Origin: Hyphomicrobium sp.
Lineage (GTDB): Bacteria > Pseudomonadota > Alphaproteobacteria > Rhizobiales > Hyphomicrobiaceae
Reading direction: 5' to 3'
Assembly (NCBI RefSeq): GCF_041659645.1
Contig: NZ_JBAZXX010000001.1
Coordinates: 131,066 to 195,065, forward strand
Length of the DNA stretch: 64,000 bases
In this document: piece after piece, positions 50,870 to 59,998 of the stretch
Numbering within the stretch: position 1 is the first letter of the stretch
Layout: each line of letters opens with the position of its first letter
Made by a program: the position numbers and the translations under genes
Notes under the pieces: generated by a model
What the model saw: only the letters and a program-made list of their open reading frames with translations
What the model was told of the DNA's origin: nothing
Databases searched by the model: none

Positions 50870-50981
50870 GCGATTTTCTCGGGATGGCCGATCCGATGAG
50901 GTGCCGATGGTGCTGATACTCTCCGATTATTCACCGATCAATGACATCGAGAGGGAACCCGTGCTCGACGCCGGCAGATAG
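50870..50981 (+). repeat. Second copy of the GNAT-remnant repeat (first at 42865-42976)
   Basis: Shared GCGATTTTCTCGGGATGGCCGATCCGATGA...CTCCGATTATTCACCG. Confidence 0.85.
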
Positions 50982-51184
50982 ACGCCCGAAGGAAACAACA
51001 TCTTTGATTTCAATAAAAAATTCAGATTAAATGACCGATGCCCCCGGTCGAACTCGGGAGCGGCGCTAGTACCCGAATTATCACATGACGGACGCACCAA
51101 AGATGGGGTGAGGTCCGGGGCGGACAAGAGACACCGAAGCCCAGGCTTCAGAAAAGTACCAGAAAAGAGGGGCAACTTGCAAAC

Positions 51185-51835
51185 ATGAGTCTGTGGTCCG
51201 AATTTCTGACGAACGAGCAGCGCGTCATCCATAAATGGAAGCACTATTTTCCGATCTACGAGCGACACTTCAGCCGGTTCGTCAACGCCGACGTAGTGTT
51301 CATAGAGATCGGTTGCGGTCAAGGTGGGTCGCTACAGATGTGGAAGCGCTACCTCGGGCCACACGCAAGGGTTGTTGGGCTGGATATTGATCCGCGCTGC
51401 ATCGAGTTTGCGGATGACCAGATAAATATCCGTATCGGCGACCAGTCGGACACTAAATTTCTCGCCGAGGTCGTCAGTGAATTCGGACCACCGGACGTCG
51501 TGCTTGATGACGGCAGCCACATCATGCGCGACGTCAAAGCGTCGTTTGAAGCTCTTTATCCGATGGTGGACCGCAACGGTGTATATTTGGTCGAAGATTT
51601 ACACACCGCATATTGGAACGAATATGAGGGCGGTTTATGCCGTTCGGATACATTCATAGAGAAATGCAAGACACTTATCGATGACCTTAACGCCGATCAT
51701 ACGCGGGACGCTCTGAAGCCGACAGATTTCACGAGGTCAACGCTCTCGATGCACTTCTATGACAGCGTCGTTGTCTTCGAAAAAGGACGACATACGGCAA
51801 AGTTTGCTCCGCAAATTGGACGTGCCTCCCTCTGA
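51185..51835 (+). CDS. Class I SAM-dependent (sugar O-) methyltransferase
   Basis: HKWKHY, EIGCGQGGS, GDQSD, LDDGSH and YLVEDLHT motifs. Confidence 0.9.
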   Translation: MSLWSEFLTNEQRVIHKWKHYFPIYERHFSRFVNADVVFIEIGCGQGGSLQMWKRYLGPHARVVGLDIDPRCIEFADDQINIRIGDQSDTKFLAEVVSEFGPPDVVLDDGSHIMRDVKASFEALYPMVDRNGVYLVEDLHTAYWNEYEGGLCRSDTFIEKCKTLIDDLNADHTRDALKPTDFTRSTLSMHFYDSVVVFEKGRHTAKFAPQIGRASL

Positions 51836-52147
51836 ATTTCAAACTAAGACATTATCAAAATGTGGAAATAGAAACGATACCGCAATGTCATCTTTGAAAA
51901 AACGGAATATGAGTGGCTCGGATAGGGGCAGCGGGCCAGCGTCCCCCTAATCCAATTCCAGCCATGACTGATCGTCTTCTATTGGTGGCCTCCGCAAGAC
52001 GAGCTTGTCGAGTGTCAGATTGGGTACCACTTTGGGCAAGCGCTGGTTCTCAGGCTCAAGATTATTCATCCGTTTGACACCTTTGTCTGCTGTGCGGAGA
52101 ATACTGTAGGAGAGCAGCATAACCCATAACCGCGATTGCCGGCCCCC

Positions 52148-54214
52148 TTAACTTTCGCGTACTCTGCGTTGAGCGCAAAACGCAAAAGATGGCCCATTCG
52201 GGTGGTTCGGGTGATCCAACGTAATGTCGATTTGATTTAAGCCTAGCTCCCTCGCAGCATTCAAGATGGTGTCTTTTGTCAACCAAATCGCATACGGTTC
52301 GCTACCACCGCAAAATCCGTTCCATTGCAATGCGTCCCGATAGTAGCGCTTAGCGCCGATGCCTTCTTTCCCAAGAGAAGAAATTACTTCGTAGTCTTTA
52401 AAGTAACCTAACTGTCCCGAGGCGCGGATTGCGTCTTCATCATAGTAATGAGTCCACACATACAGCTTATCCGTAACTTTGCTAATCTTTGAAAGTAGCC
52501 CAATCGGATCGGTCATATGATAAAGGACGCCGCTGGCTATGACGGCGTCGAATTTTGTATCTACCGTGTCGAGAAACAAGCTAAAATCGCCTAGCTTGAA
52601 TTGGACGCGGTCGAGATTGAAGATCTCCTTGATACATAGACATTTTAAAAAACCGAGAGTGTTGGCTTCGACCGCAACTACTGATCGTGCGCCCGCTTTC
52701 TGAAGCATATAAGAATGCGCTCCTTCCAGAGGTCCGAGCTCTAATAGGCTTTTGTCTACGAAGCCGCCCAATATCTCTTCGGCCCAGCGAATCCGTCCAT
52801 CTTCAAAAAGATTTGCAAATCCTGGTTTAGCAACAAGTGTTGAGTCCGTCGGCATCGCCGATGACCAATCGTCGTTAAACATATCAATAACGTTCTGCGC
52901 CGAAGGCGCAGACTTGACATAGCCGCCAGAGAAGTTTTTCTTCGTGTGCGGCAATGTTTGAGGAGCGCTATTTGTTTGAGGCTCAATCAGGCCAGTTACA
53001 TCATTGGCCAATACTGGCATTGTTAATGCATCGCATGGTTGCGCAGCGTAGCGCTTTAATCTTTCCCAGCGGAAAATTCTTTTTAACTTCCGCTTCGAGC
53101 CCCGAATGCCCGGAATGTAATTTAGTATATTTTCGCGCTTAGAAGAGACGATTACTTTCGATTCTTGCGATTTCATCGGCGCGCCCATGTTTTGCGGGGA
53201 TTTCTGGTAGGTTTCCGATTCGAGAAGCGATTTCTTCATTCGCTCCCAGCTCTCAATAATGGAATTCTTATCGTCGCTGGGCACCATATGAACGTAGAAT
53301 TCCAATTCGTTCCGCGGCGTTTCGATGTAATGAGCGCAGGCAAAAGTTAGCAAATCTAACTCCGCCATCTCTTTGCATAGTTCGGCGAATGTTATCGGCG
53401 TGAAAATCCAACAGTGAGAATCGTGATATGTTCCATTTACGATAGAGTCTTTTGCCGCCTCAATACCGAGCTTTGTTGAGCTATGTGGCCGCAAATTTTG
53501 GATATCGAGAGTGCCGTTCCAAGCGGCAGCGCAATCAACCACACGAATGTAGGTGCAATGTTCAATAATCATGCGCGGAGTCGGGGCTCGCGCCCGCCGA
53601 AGATAGGCATCCAGCACGTCATGAATTCGCGTTTCAAACCGCAAAAAATCGAAAGTATATCTTCGATCAGGCACCGCTAGGCGCAGCGATCCTGTGGCCT
53701 TTAGAATTGAGCGGATTTCGGCGAGCCACGTGATGAGGTCGGGGACATGTTCGATGACGTGGGACGCAACGACGTAATCGACTTTGTTGTCGATCCCTAT
53801 GCATTCGCTGAGTGTCTGTGAACCCCAAACGGCATTTATCTGTACGATATTGTCGTTGTCGACGGACGGATCGTTGGCGTATTTGGCGCGAATATCGTCA
53901 GTATCGGCATGATCGACGAAAAAAATATCGCCCTCCTCCGGCCACACCAAAGGGGATGCGAGGGCGCCAATTTCGAGACCCTTCAACTCCGATAAATCGA
54001 GGTTCGCCAAAATTTTATCCCGGCGCGTAGCCTTAGCGCCCTTAGGAAACGGCAGTTTTAAGGGAGCTGGACGCATCCGCAAATTCAATGCGCGCCTATC
54101 ACTCACCCCGAACATTGCATAGTGCGCAGCTCCCGAAGCCAATGCGCCCGAACTAACTGCAGCAGCTACATCTGGGTTTGCGGTGAGATAAGCTTCCTCA
54201 TCAAATGATGACAT
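52148..54214 (-). CDS. Tandem double methyltransferase with N-terminal FDxxxYxxxNPDV module
   Basis: Domain 1 LEIGAL...SHVIEHVPD; domain 2 LELGPLEG...SGVLYHMTDP. Confidence 0.85.
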   Translation of the reverse strand: MSSFDEEAYLTANPDVAAAVSSGALASGAAHYAMFGVSDRRALNLRMRPAPLKLPFPKGAKATRRDKILANLDLSELKGLEIGALASPLVWPEEGDIFFVDHADTDDIRAKYANDPSVDNDNIVQINAVWGSQTLSECIGIDNKVDYVVASHVIEHVPDLITWLAEIRSILKATGSLRLAVPDRRYTFDFLRFETRIHDVLDAYLRRARAPTPRMIIEHCTYIRVVDCAAAWNGTLDIQNLRPHSSTKLGIEAAKDSIVNGTYHDSHCWIFTPITFAELCKEMAELDLLTFACAHYIETPRNELEFYVHMVPSDDKNSIIESWERMKKSLLESETYQKSPQNMGAPMKSQESKVIVSSKRENILNYIPGIRGSKRKLKRIFRWERLKRYAAQPCDALTMPVLANDVTGLIEPQTNSAPQTLPHTKKNFSGGYVKSAPSAQNVIDMFNDDWSSAMPTDSTLVAKPGFANLFEDGRIRWAEEILGGFVDKSLLELGPLEGAHSYMLQKAGARSVVAVEANTLGFLKCLCIKEIFNLDRVQFKLGDFSLFLDTVDTKFDAVIASGVLYHMTDPIGLLSKISKVTDKLYVWTHYYDEDAIRASGQLGYFKDYEVISSLGKEGIGAKRYYRDALQWNGFCGGSEPYAIWLTKDTILNAARELGLNQIDITLDHPNHPNGPSFAFCAQRRVRES

Positions 54215-54321
54215 ATCGATGCACCTATATGTTGTGCGGACCCAGTTCCTGCGAACCCCCGCTAAGCCCCAACGGGGAATTGCGGATAGCTCGCTCCAGA
54301 CGTGAAGTGAAATTCTTTCCG

Positions 54322-57237
54322 TTAACTCGTCGACTCGTCTTCCTTCAAATAGCGGGACCAGGGTTTGAGCCGGCGTGAATAACGCGCCTTTTCGTAATTC
54401 GAAGAATTCAGAGCGAGGTTCAGGTTGTAAAACGGGTCATTTGCGAATACATCGGGCCATTTCTTCCGCATGAATTCACAATCCCGACGAAAACGCTCGC
54501 GTTTTTCCGGCGTCGACTCGGCGCCTCGAGTTACGGACTCGTGATGAATCAATTCAGCGAAGGGTGTCCAAACGTTTCGATAGCCCCGTTCCTGGACTTT
54601 CAGACAGAAATCAACATCATTGAATGCTACGGGAAGTTCTTGCTCGTCCAATCCTCCAACTTCCTCATAAATGGATTTTCGAACAACGAGACAGGCTCCC
54701 GTGACCGCAGAAACAGCACGCGTCAGCACGGCTTGCCCCATATATCCGAGCTCCCTTTTCGGAGCGAAATGAAAGGCATGTCCAGCGAAGTCGCCAAGGC
54801 CGATCACAACACCAGCATGCTGGATTCGACCATCTGGATATAACAGCTTCGCGCCCACCGCACCGATCTCTCTGCGTATGGCGTGGGACACCATTTCATT
54901 TAACCAATCCGCTCCGATGATCTCAATGTCGTTATTCAGCAGCGCGATAATGCTGCCTTTTGCTTCGCGAACAGCTGCGTTATTCATGGCTGAATAATTA
55001 AATAGGCCGCTGTGCCGTATAATTCTTACGCGCGAATCCCGCTTGAGTTTCTCAAAGAGAGAAATTGTCTTCTTTTCCTCGCTGTCGTGGTCAACGATGA
55101 TGACTTCGATATTAGGATAATTTGTACCATTCAGAACCCCGTCAACCGCAGTAGACAAAAGGTGATGGCAATCCTTTGTCGGAATAATAATGGAAACGAG
55201 CGGCTTTGGCGACGGAACGCGTCGAATAACGCGTGAAAAGTTTTCGGCGCCCGGCGCCGCGGTTACCCTTGCATCTTCACCCTCAATATCCAAATACTCT
55301 TGAATGGCTTTGCGTGCGGCCGTGGTACATTTTTCCAGCTGAGCTTCTGAGAAGCTCGGTGCAATGCTTCCTCGACGCCAATGGTATAAAAAGCTTGGGA
55401 TGTGGCAAATTTTTCTCGCAGTTGTTTGGGCCCATGCCCGGAGAATGAGGTCGTAATCCTGACTTCCTTCGAACCCCTTCCGGAAGCCCCCAATTTTATC
55501 CATGAGACTTCGTCGATAAACGCCTAAGTGACTCACCATGTTCTGGCCGAGTAAAAGCTCTGGGTTGAAATCCGTCTTGCAATATCCGCCGTGTATCCGG
55601 CCGTTTTCATCAATGCTGTCCTCGTCAGAATATATAATATCAACGCTCGGACTTGCATTAATTGCGACGGCTACTTCGTACAACGCGGTTTCATTTAAAA
55701 CATCGTCATGGTCCATCAGTGCGATGAATTCCCCTGATGCCAATTTCAGAGCCGAATTAGTCGCCTCGGAAATATGGCCGTTTTTCTCTCGGTGGACAAC
55801 TTTGATGCGGGAGTCCGCTTTGACAAATTCATTAAGGAGAGGAGCAATTAACGGGCTCGGGGAGGCATCGTTAGCGATGCACAATTCCCAGTTCGGATAA
55901 CACTGTCGAATCACCGAATCGATTGCTTCCCGAAGAAATGATTCTGGAGTATTGTAAACGGGCATAACAACCGAAATAAGGGGTTTTAGATCAAGATCGG
56001 CTAGATGGTTTGCAATTGCATGGCGCGCGGAAGCGGTCAGGCCGATTTCAAGTCTCGTAAATACTTCGCGCCGGTCTATCCATCCACGCCGCTCAAAATG
56101 CAGAAGCGGATTGACATTTCGCCTTTTCACATCGGGATTATTGATCATATATCCTTGAGTAGAAAAAAACGGCCCTGGATCACGGCCTTCCGTCGCACCG
56201 TACTCAATATAATGCTTGGCCGGATCCACCCTGCTGGCCGCGACGTCGGGATATGTTGTCCTATACCAATCCGGATCAAAGAAAATTGATGAATTTATTG
56301 CGTTTTCCTTAAATTGTTTAGGCAATAGTCGGGACTGAATTTTGAGTGAAAGTCTTTTCAGGTTAGGGGCACCTTTTCGAAGTTGAAAAGCTCTTCGGGA
56401 TAGTGCCCTAGTTACTTTGGCTTTCTCCTCGGTCATGCGATCGATTTGACCTAGCACGCGGTCGAGTTTCTCTCGCGTTCGCGCCAATTCGAGGTCCTGT
56501 AGCAGTAACCGGCTTTTGTATTCTTGACTTTGCCATTCCCGCGTAACTTGCGCACCTAACGTCGAAAATATCAGACGCCAATCTTCCGCGGTTTTCGCGT
56601 CGGAGGTGAATAGCGATTGCAGAGCAACAGGGGGATTTTTGGCCGCGACTATGCCGAGGCCGTATCCGTGGACGAATTCGAACGTCGCGTGATTTGCCTT
56701 AATGTCGTCGAAAAATTTCCATACGCCGAAATTTCGCTCTCGAACGTTAGTGTCGTGGAATAAAACGACTGCGTCATCAGTGAGCTTGGCGCGCCAGCTT
56801 TCGAAATCTTCTCGGACGTCCTCATAAAAGTGGCGCCCGTCAATATGCAGTAAGTCGATGCTTTTGTCAGCAAACTCCGAAAGCGCGTCGCTAAATTTTG
56901 ACCGAACTAACCTTGAGAAGTTTGTAAAAATCATATTGTGGTGTTTTACGGCCTCGAAAACTTCTTCGCCGTAGAGCGCCGAATGTTCGTCTCCCTTCCA
57001 GGTGTCAATCGCACAGCACGACGTTGGGATGTGCAGTCGCTCCACAGCTTGGCAGAAGCAGAAATACGAAAATCCGGAATGCGTCCCGAGCTCTACAAAA
57101 GTTTTTGGGCGAAGGACGTCCATTAGCCAGAAGGCAAAAGGAGCATGTTCAAACCAGGCCGACTGCACTTGGTAGTCGGGCGTCCACAGCGCAGCGCGAG
57201 TGAGCGGAATTTTCTCAGCGATCTGTTGAAATGTCAT
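54322..57237 (-). CDS. Multidomain methyltransferase / coiled coil / YPDV module / GT2-GT2 (WsaE-like)
   Basis: VELGTHSG and LHIDGRH; coiled coil; FDPDWY..YPDV; ISVVMPVYN...MDHDD; SIIIPTKD...LLNND. Confidence 0.92.
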   Translation of the reverse strand: MTFQQIAEKIPLTRAALWTPDYQVQSAWFEHAPFAFWLMDVLRPKTFVELGTHSGFSYFCFCQAVERLHIPTSCCAIDTWKGDEHSALYGEEVFEAVKHHNMIFTNFSRLVRSKFSDALSEFADKSIDLLHIDGRHFYEDVREDFESWRAKLTDDAVVLFHDTNVRERNFGVWKFFDDIKANHATFEFVHGYGLGIVAAKNPPVALQSLFTSDAKTAEDWRLIFSTLGAQVTREWQSQEYKSRLLLQDLELARTREKLDRVLGQIDRMTEEKAKVTRALSRRAFQLRKGAPNLKRLSLKIQSRLLPKQFKENAINSSIFFDPDWYRTTYPDVAASRVDPAKHYIEYGATEGRDPGPFFSTQGYMINNPDVKRRNVNPLLHFERRGWIDRREVFTRLEIGLTASARHAIANHLADLDLKPLISVVMPVYNTPESFLREAIDSVIRQCYPNWELCIANDASPSPLIAPLLNEFVKADSRIKVVHREKNGHISEATNSALKLASGEFIALMDHDDVLNETALYEVAVAINASPSVDIIYSDEDSIDENGRIHGGYCKTDFNPELLLGQNMVSHLGVYRRSLMDKIGGFRKGFEGSQDYDLILRAWAQTTARKICHIPSFLYHWRRGSIAPSFSEAQLEKCTTAARKAIQEYLDIEGEDARVTAAPGAENFSRVIRRVPSPKPLVSIIIPTKDCHHLLSTAVDGVLNGTNYPNIEVIIVDHDSEEKKTISLFEKLKRDSRVRIIRHSGLFNYSAMNNAAVREAKGSIIALLNNDIEIIGADWLNEMVSHAIRREIGAVGAKLLYPDGRIQHAGVVIGLGDFAGHAFHFAPKRELGYMGQAVLTRAVSAVTGACLVVRKSIYEEVGGLDEQELPVAFNDVDFCLKVQERGYRNVWTPFAELIHHESVTRGAESTPEKRERFRRDCEFMRKKWPDVFANDPFYNLNLALNSSNYEKARYSRRLKPWSRYLKEDESTS

Positions 57238-57265
57238 CTAACTATACCTAGCGTTGATGGCTGGC

Positions 57266-57460
57266 TTAGAAGCGGTCATCTCCGCAGCGTTGATATAGGA
57301 CCAAGTCACTGTTGGTGATGACGCGGTAGACCTCGTCTGCCGATACACAATATTCGGAAAATTTTATGACGATCCGACGAAAGGCTATTCGCCGTCCGGC
57401 TTCAAGGGGAGCATGGGCTCCGCCGATCTTGGCTTTTATAAACTCAGCGATTGAAGTCAT
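57266..57460 (-). CDS. Small hypothetical protein
   Basis: ORF immediately upstream of the large GT gene; no motif. Confidence 0.35.
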   Translation of the reverse strand: MTSIAEFIKAKIGGAHAPLEAGRRIAFRRIVIKFSEYCVSADEVYRVITNSDLVLYQRCGDDRF

Positions 57461-57929
57461 CGTACGATCGCCGTGGCTCTTGACCGTGAGATGCGTCACG
57501 GCATCAAGTCGAAAAATTCCCAGAGGATCGATTTTGAAGCGTCCATCTCACAAGCCTCGGCGACAGTGTTGCGTTTTTTCTTGTCTGGTGCCAAGGAGGG
57601 GGTAATCAGCCGCACGTGGCCGGTTCTCGGAGTTCAGTATGCTGGACACGTCGTGCGTAAAATGTTGAACGACGGCCGAGCCGATAATGCGAGCTCTGCA
57701 TATAACTATAACTTTCATCCCCACCTCTGCCTAAGTTGGGCTTCGCCGCATCTTTAGCGTGGCCTTCATGTGTTTGTTTGTGCCGGTCTAATTAGGAAGC
57801 GATCGCTTCCGGCGTCAAGTCATTGAGGCTCGCAAGAGGTCGATTATGATTGTAGTCGAACGATACGTTGGGCCGAACGGCATCGTAATATCGATGCCAG
57901 CCCCGCATACAATCTACTCATCGCGGGAC

Positions 57930-58290
57930 GAATGCATTACTTCCCCTTTTAGAAATTCACCTCCCAGCCAGGCATTGAAGCTCTCGATGTAGCCGTTTTC
58001 TATCAGGTGAGCATGGCCCGGTGGACACCTTCTTCGCACCGACCGATGCGACGCACTCTATACTGCCTCATCGGGCAACTTTCGGCGGGTCGGCTAAAGG
58101 TTTCTTACAGGCAATCTAAACGAAGGCGTCGGTGGTTCACCGGTGCTCGCGCGAAGGAGACCGCGGCCAAATGCGCAGTCGACCCGCCTATCATTGACGA
58201 GCCAACTGGCATGCCACAGCGGCGAGCTTGAGACGACGGTCCCCAAAAAATCGCTAGAAAAGGCTTGTGGCCCAAGCTGCTTTGAGCATA
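57930..58290 (-). mobile_element. Highly degraded IS3-family remnant
   Basis: ENGYIESFNAWL.GEFLKGE. Confidence 0.75.
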
Positions 58291-58485
58291 ATCCAAGTGG
58301 AAATTGAGGGATGTTTTCGGTTTCTATGCGGCTTTAACGAACGTAGGAAAATTCGCGAAGGTTCGGCTAAAGAATCTCATTTCGGAATAATGGCTAGTGG
58401 CCCCATTTGTATTGCTATTAGAAATTGACATACATTAAGGTATTTTTGAATCCAATCAGCAACTCAAGTTGCGTCGCGGAAACAT

Positions 58486-59589
58486 ATGCCTTTGCTAAAT
58501 AACATTGGCATGAGAATTTTGAGGTATATGAGTGTTAGCGCTCTCTACCGAAACGATCTTGGCTTAAACGATATTCGCAAAGCCTGCGGACGCTATGCTG
58601 AGTTTTATTTTCAATTGGTTATTAAACTTAAAGCGCTGTGGCGATATCCCCTGAGTGCAAAAAAAAGAAAACGCTATCTGATATCGCGAACTGGGGGTCC
58701 GCTTGTAATGGAGCACGGCGGTGAAGCCGCAATCGTCGTTCCATTTGATTTTTCCTCGACACTTTCGGTCGATCGAGTGGCCGTAATATTTCACTGTTTT
58801 TATGTTGATCTCGTTGATGAATTCATGCAATATTTCAAGAATATTCCTTGCGATGCGGATTTTTTTATCTCGACCGACAGCGCTGAAAAAGCCGAAGAGA
58901 TAAAACTTCGCTTTTTCGGTCAGTTTAAAGGCTCGATAGACATAAGAATTGTTCCGAACCGTGGGCGCGACGTAGCTCCGAAATTTGTGACCTTTGCGGA
59001 TGTCTACGAAAGATACAATATTTTTGTTCATCTACATACAAAGCAGTCTGCGCGTGCAGGGGCCAAGCTGGCGGGGTGGCGCGGATATTTTTTGGAAACG
59101 TTGTTGGGGTCACCAAAAATAATAATTTCGATACTTACACTATTGCAGGATCCTAAAATTGGAATCGTATTTCCCGCGACGTACAAACCGATACGCCCGT
59201 ATATGAGTTGGGGGCGTAATGCTGCTAAAATTAGGCCCATCCTCGCGCGCTTCGGATTGACCCTCAGTCTGGGGAATAATCGAATTGAATTCCCTTCTGG
59301 TTCGATGTTTTGGGGGCGGTCCAATGCAATAAAGCCAATACTTGACCTCGGGTTGACGTTTGATGATTTTGACCTCGAGGCTGGCCAAGTAGACGGCACC
59401 TTGGCGCACGCCATCGAGAGGGTAATACTATACTCCTGCGAAGTAGCAAATCTCGAATGGCGGAAGATCTCCAAGCCGTATTTGGCCGTTCCTGGAGATA
59501 CTTTAATTCGAATAACTTCTTTAGCCTCAATAAAGGAAGCACGGGAAAAAGTTTTTATTCCGGTTATACCGCAGGTGCCCGGGGACTAA
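58486..59589 (+). CDS. Rhamnan synthesis protein F (RgpF) family
   Basis: NRGRD, HLHTKQS, FPSGSMFWGR and DGTLAHAIER motifs; visibly AT-rich. Confidence 0.92.
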   Translation: MPLLNNIGMRILRYMSVSALYRNDLGLNDIRKACGRYAEFYFQLVIKLKALWRYPLSAKKRKRYLISRTGGPLVMEHGGEAAIVVPFDFSSTLSVDRVAVIFHCFYVDLVDEFMQYFKNIPCDADFFISTDSAEKAEEIKLRFFGQFKGSIDIRIVPNRGRDVAPKFVTFADVYERYNIFVHLHTKQSARAGAKLAGWRGYFLETLLGSPKIIISILTLLQDPKIGIVFPATYKPIRPYMSWGRNAAKIRPILARFGLTLSLGNNRIEFPSGSMFWGRSNAIKPILDLGLTFDDFDLEAGQVDGTLAHAIERVILYSCEVANLEWRKISKPYLAVPGDTLIRITSLASIKEAREKVFIPVIPQVPGD

Positions 59590-59998
59590 GCGATTGCCAT
59601 TATTTTTATGAAGGAACTCCATCTTACTTAAACACATCAGTCAACTTTTTGAACGGCTGCTATAGCATCTATTGATGGATAATATTCTGGATTTTTTCTT
59701 CAAGCTCGCTCGTCCAGCATTGACCGGGGAATGGCCTTCTCCCATTGGGTGGCTCTCACGTTTGAAGGTCTTTAAGCCCTTGGCCTCGATTGGACGGAGC
59801 CTATGTGTGGAGGACGAAGGAGCCAATGATCGCGTAGATAAACATGCATCCATGGTCGGCAGGTAAGACCTCGGGCGCTGGAGTTCGGTGTCGAGCGAAG
59901 CGTGAGGTAATCGGCGATATTGAGCCAGTGCTGCGCGACACAATCATCTATATTGCGTAGTCTATTTGACCGTGCGTTCAAGCCCAAGGGCGCTTGTT

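Noticed and set aside
59672-59990. Short ORFs between RgpF and the GT2 gene
   Set aside because: No motif or convincing RBS; cannot be supported.
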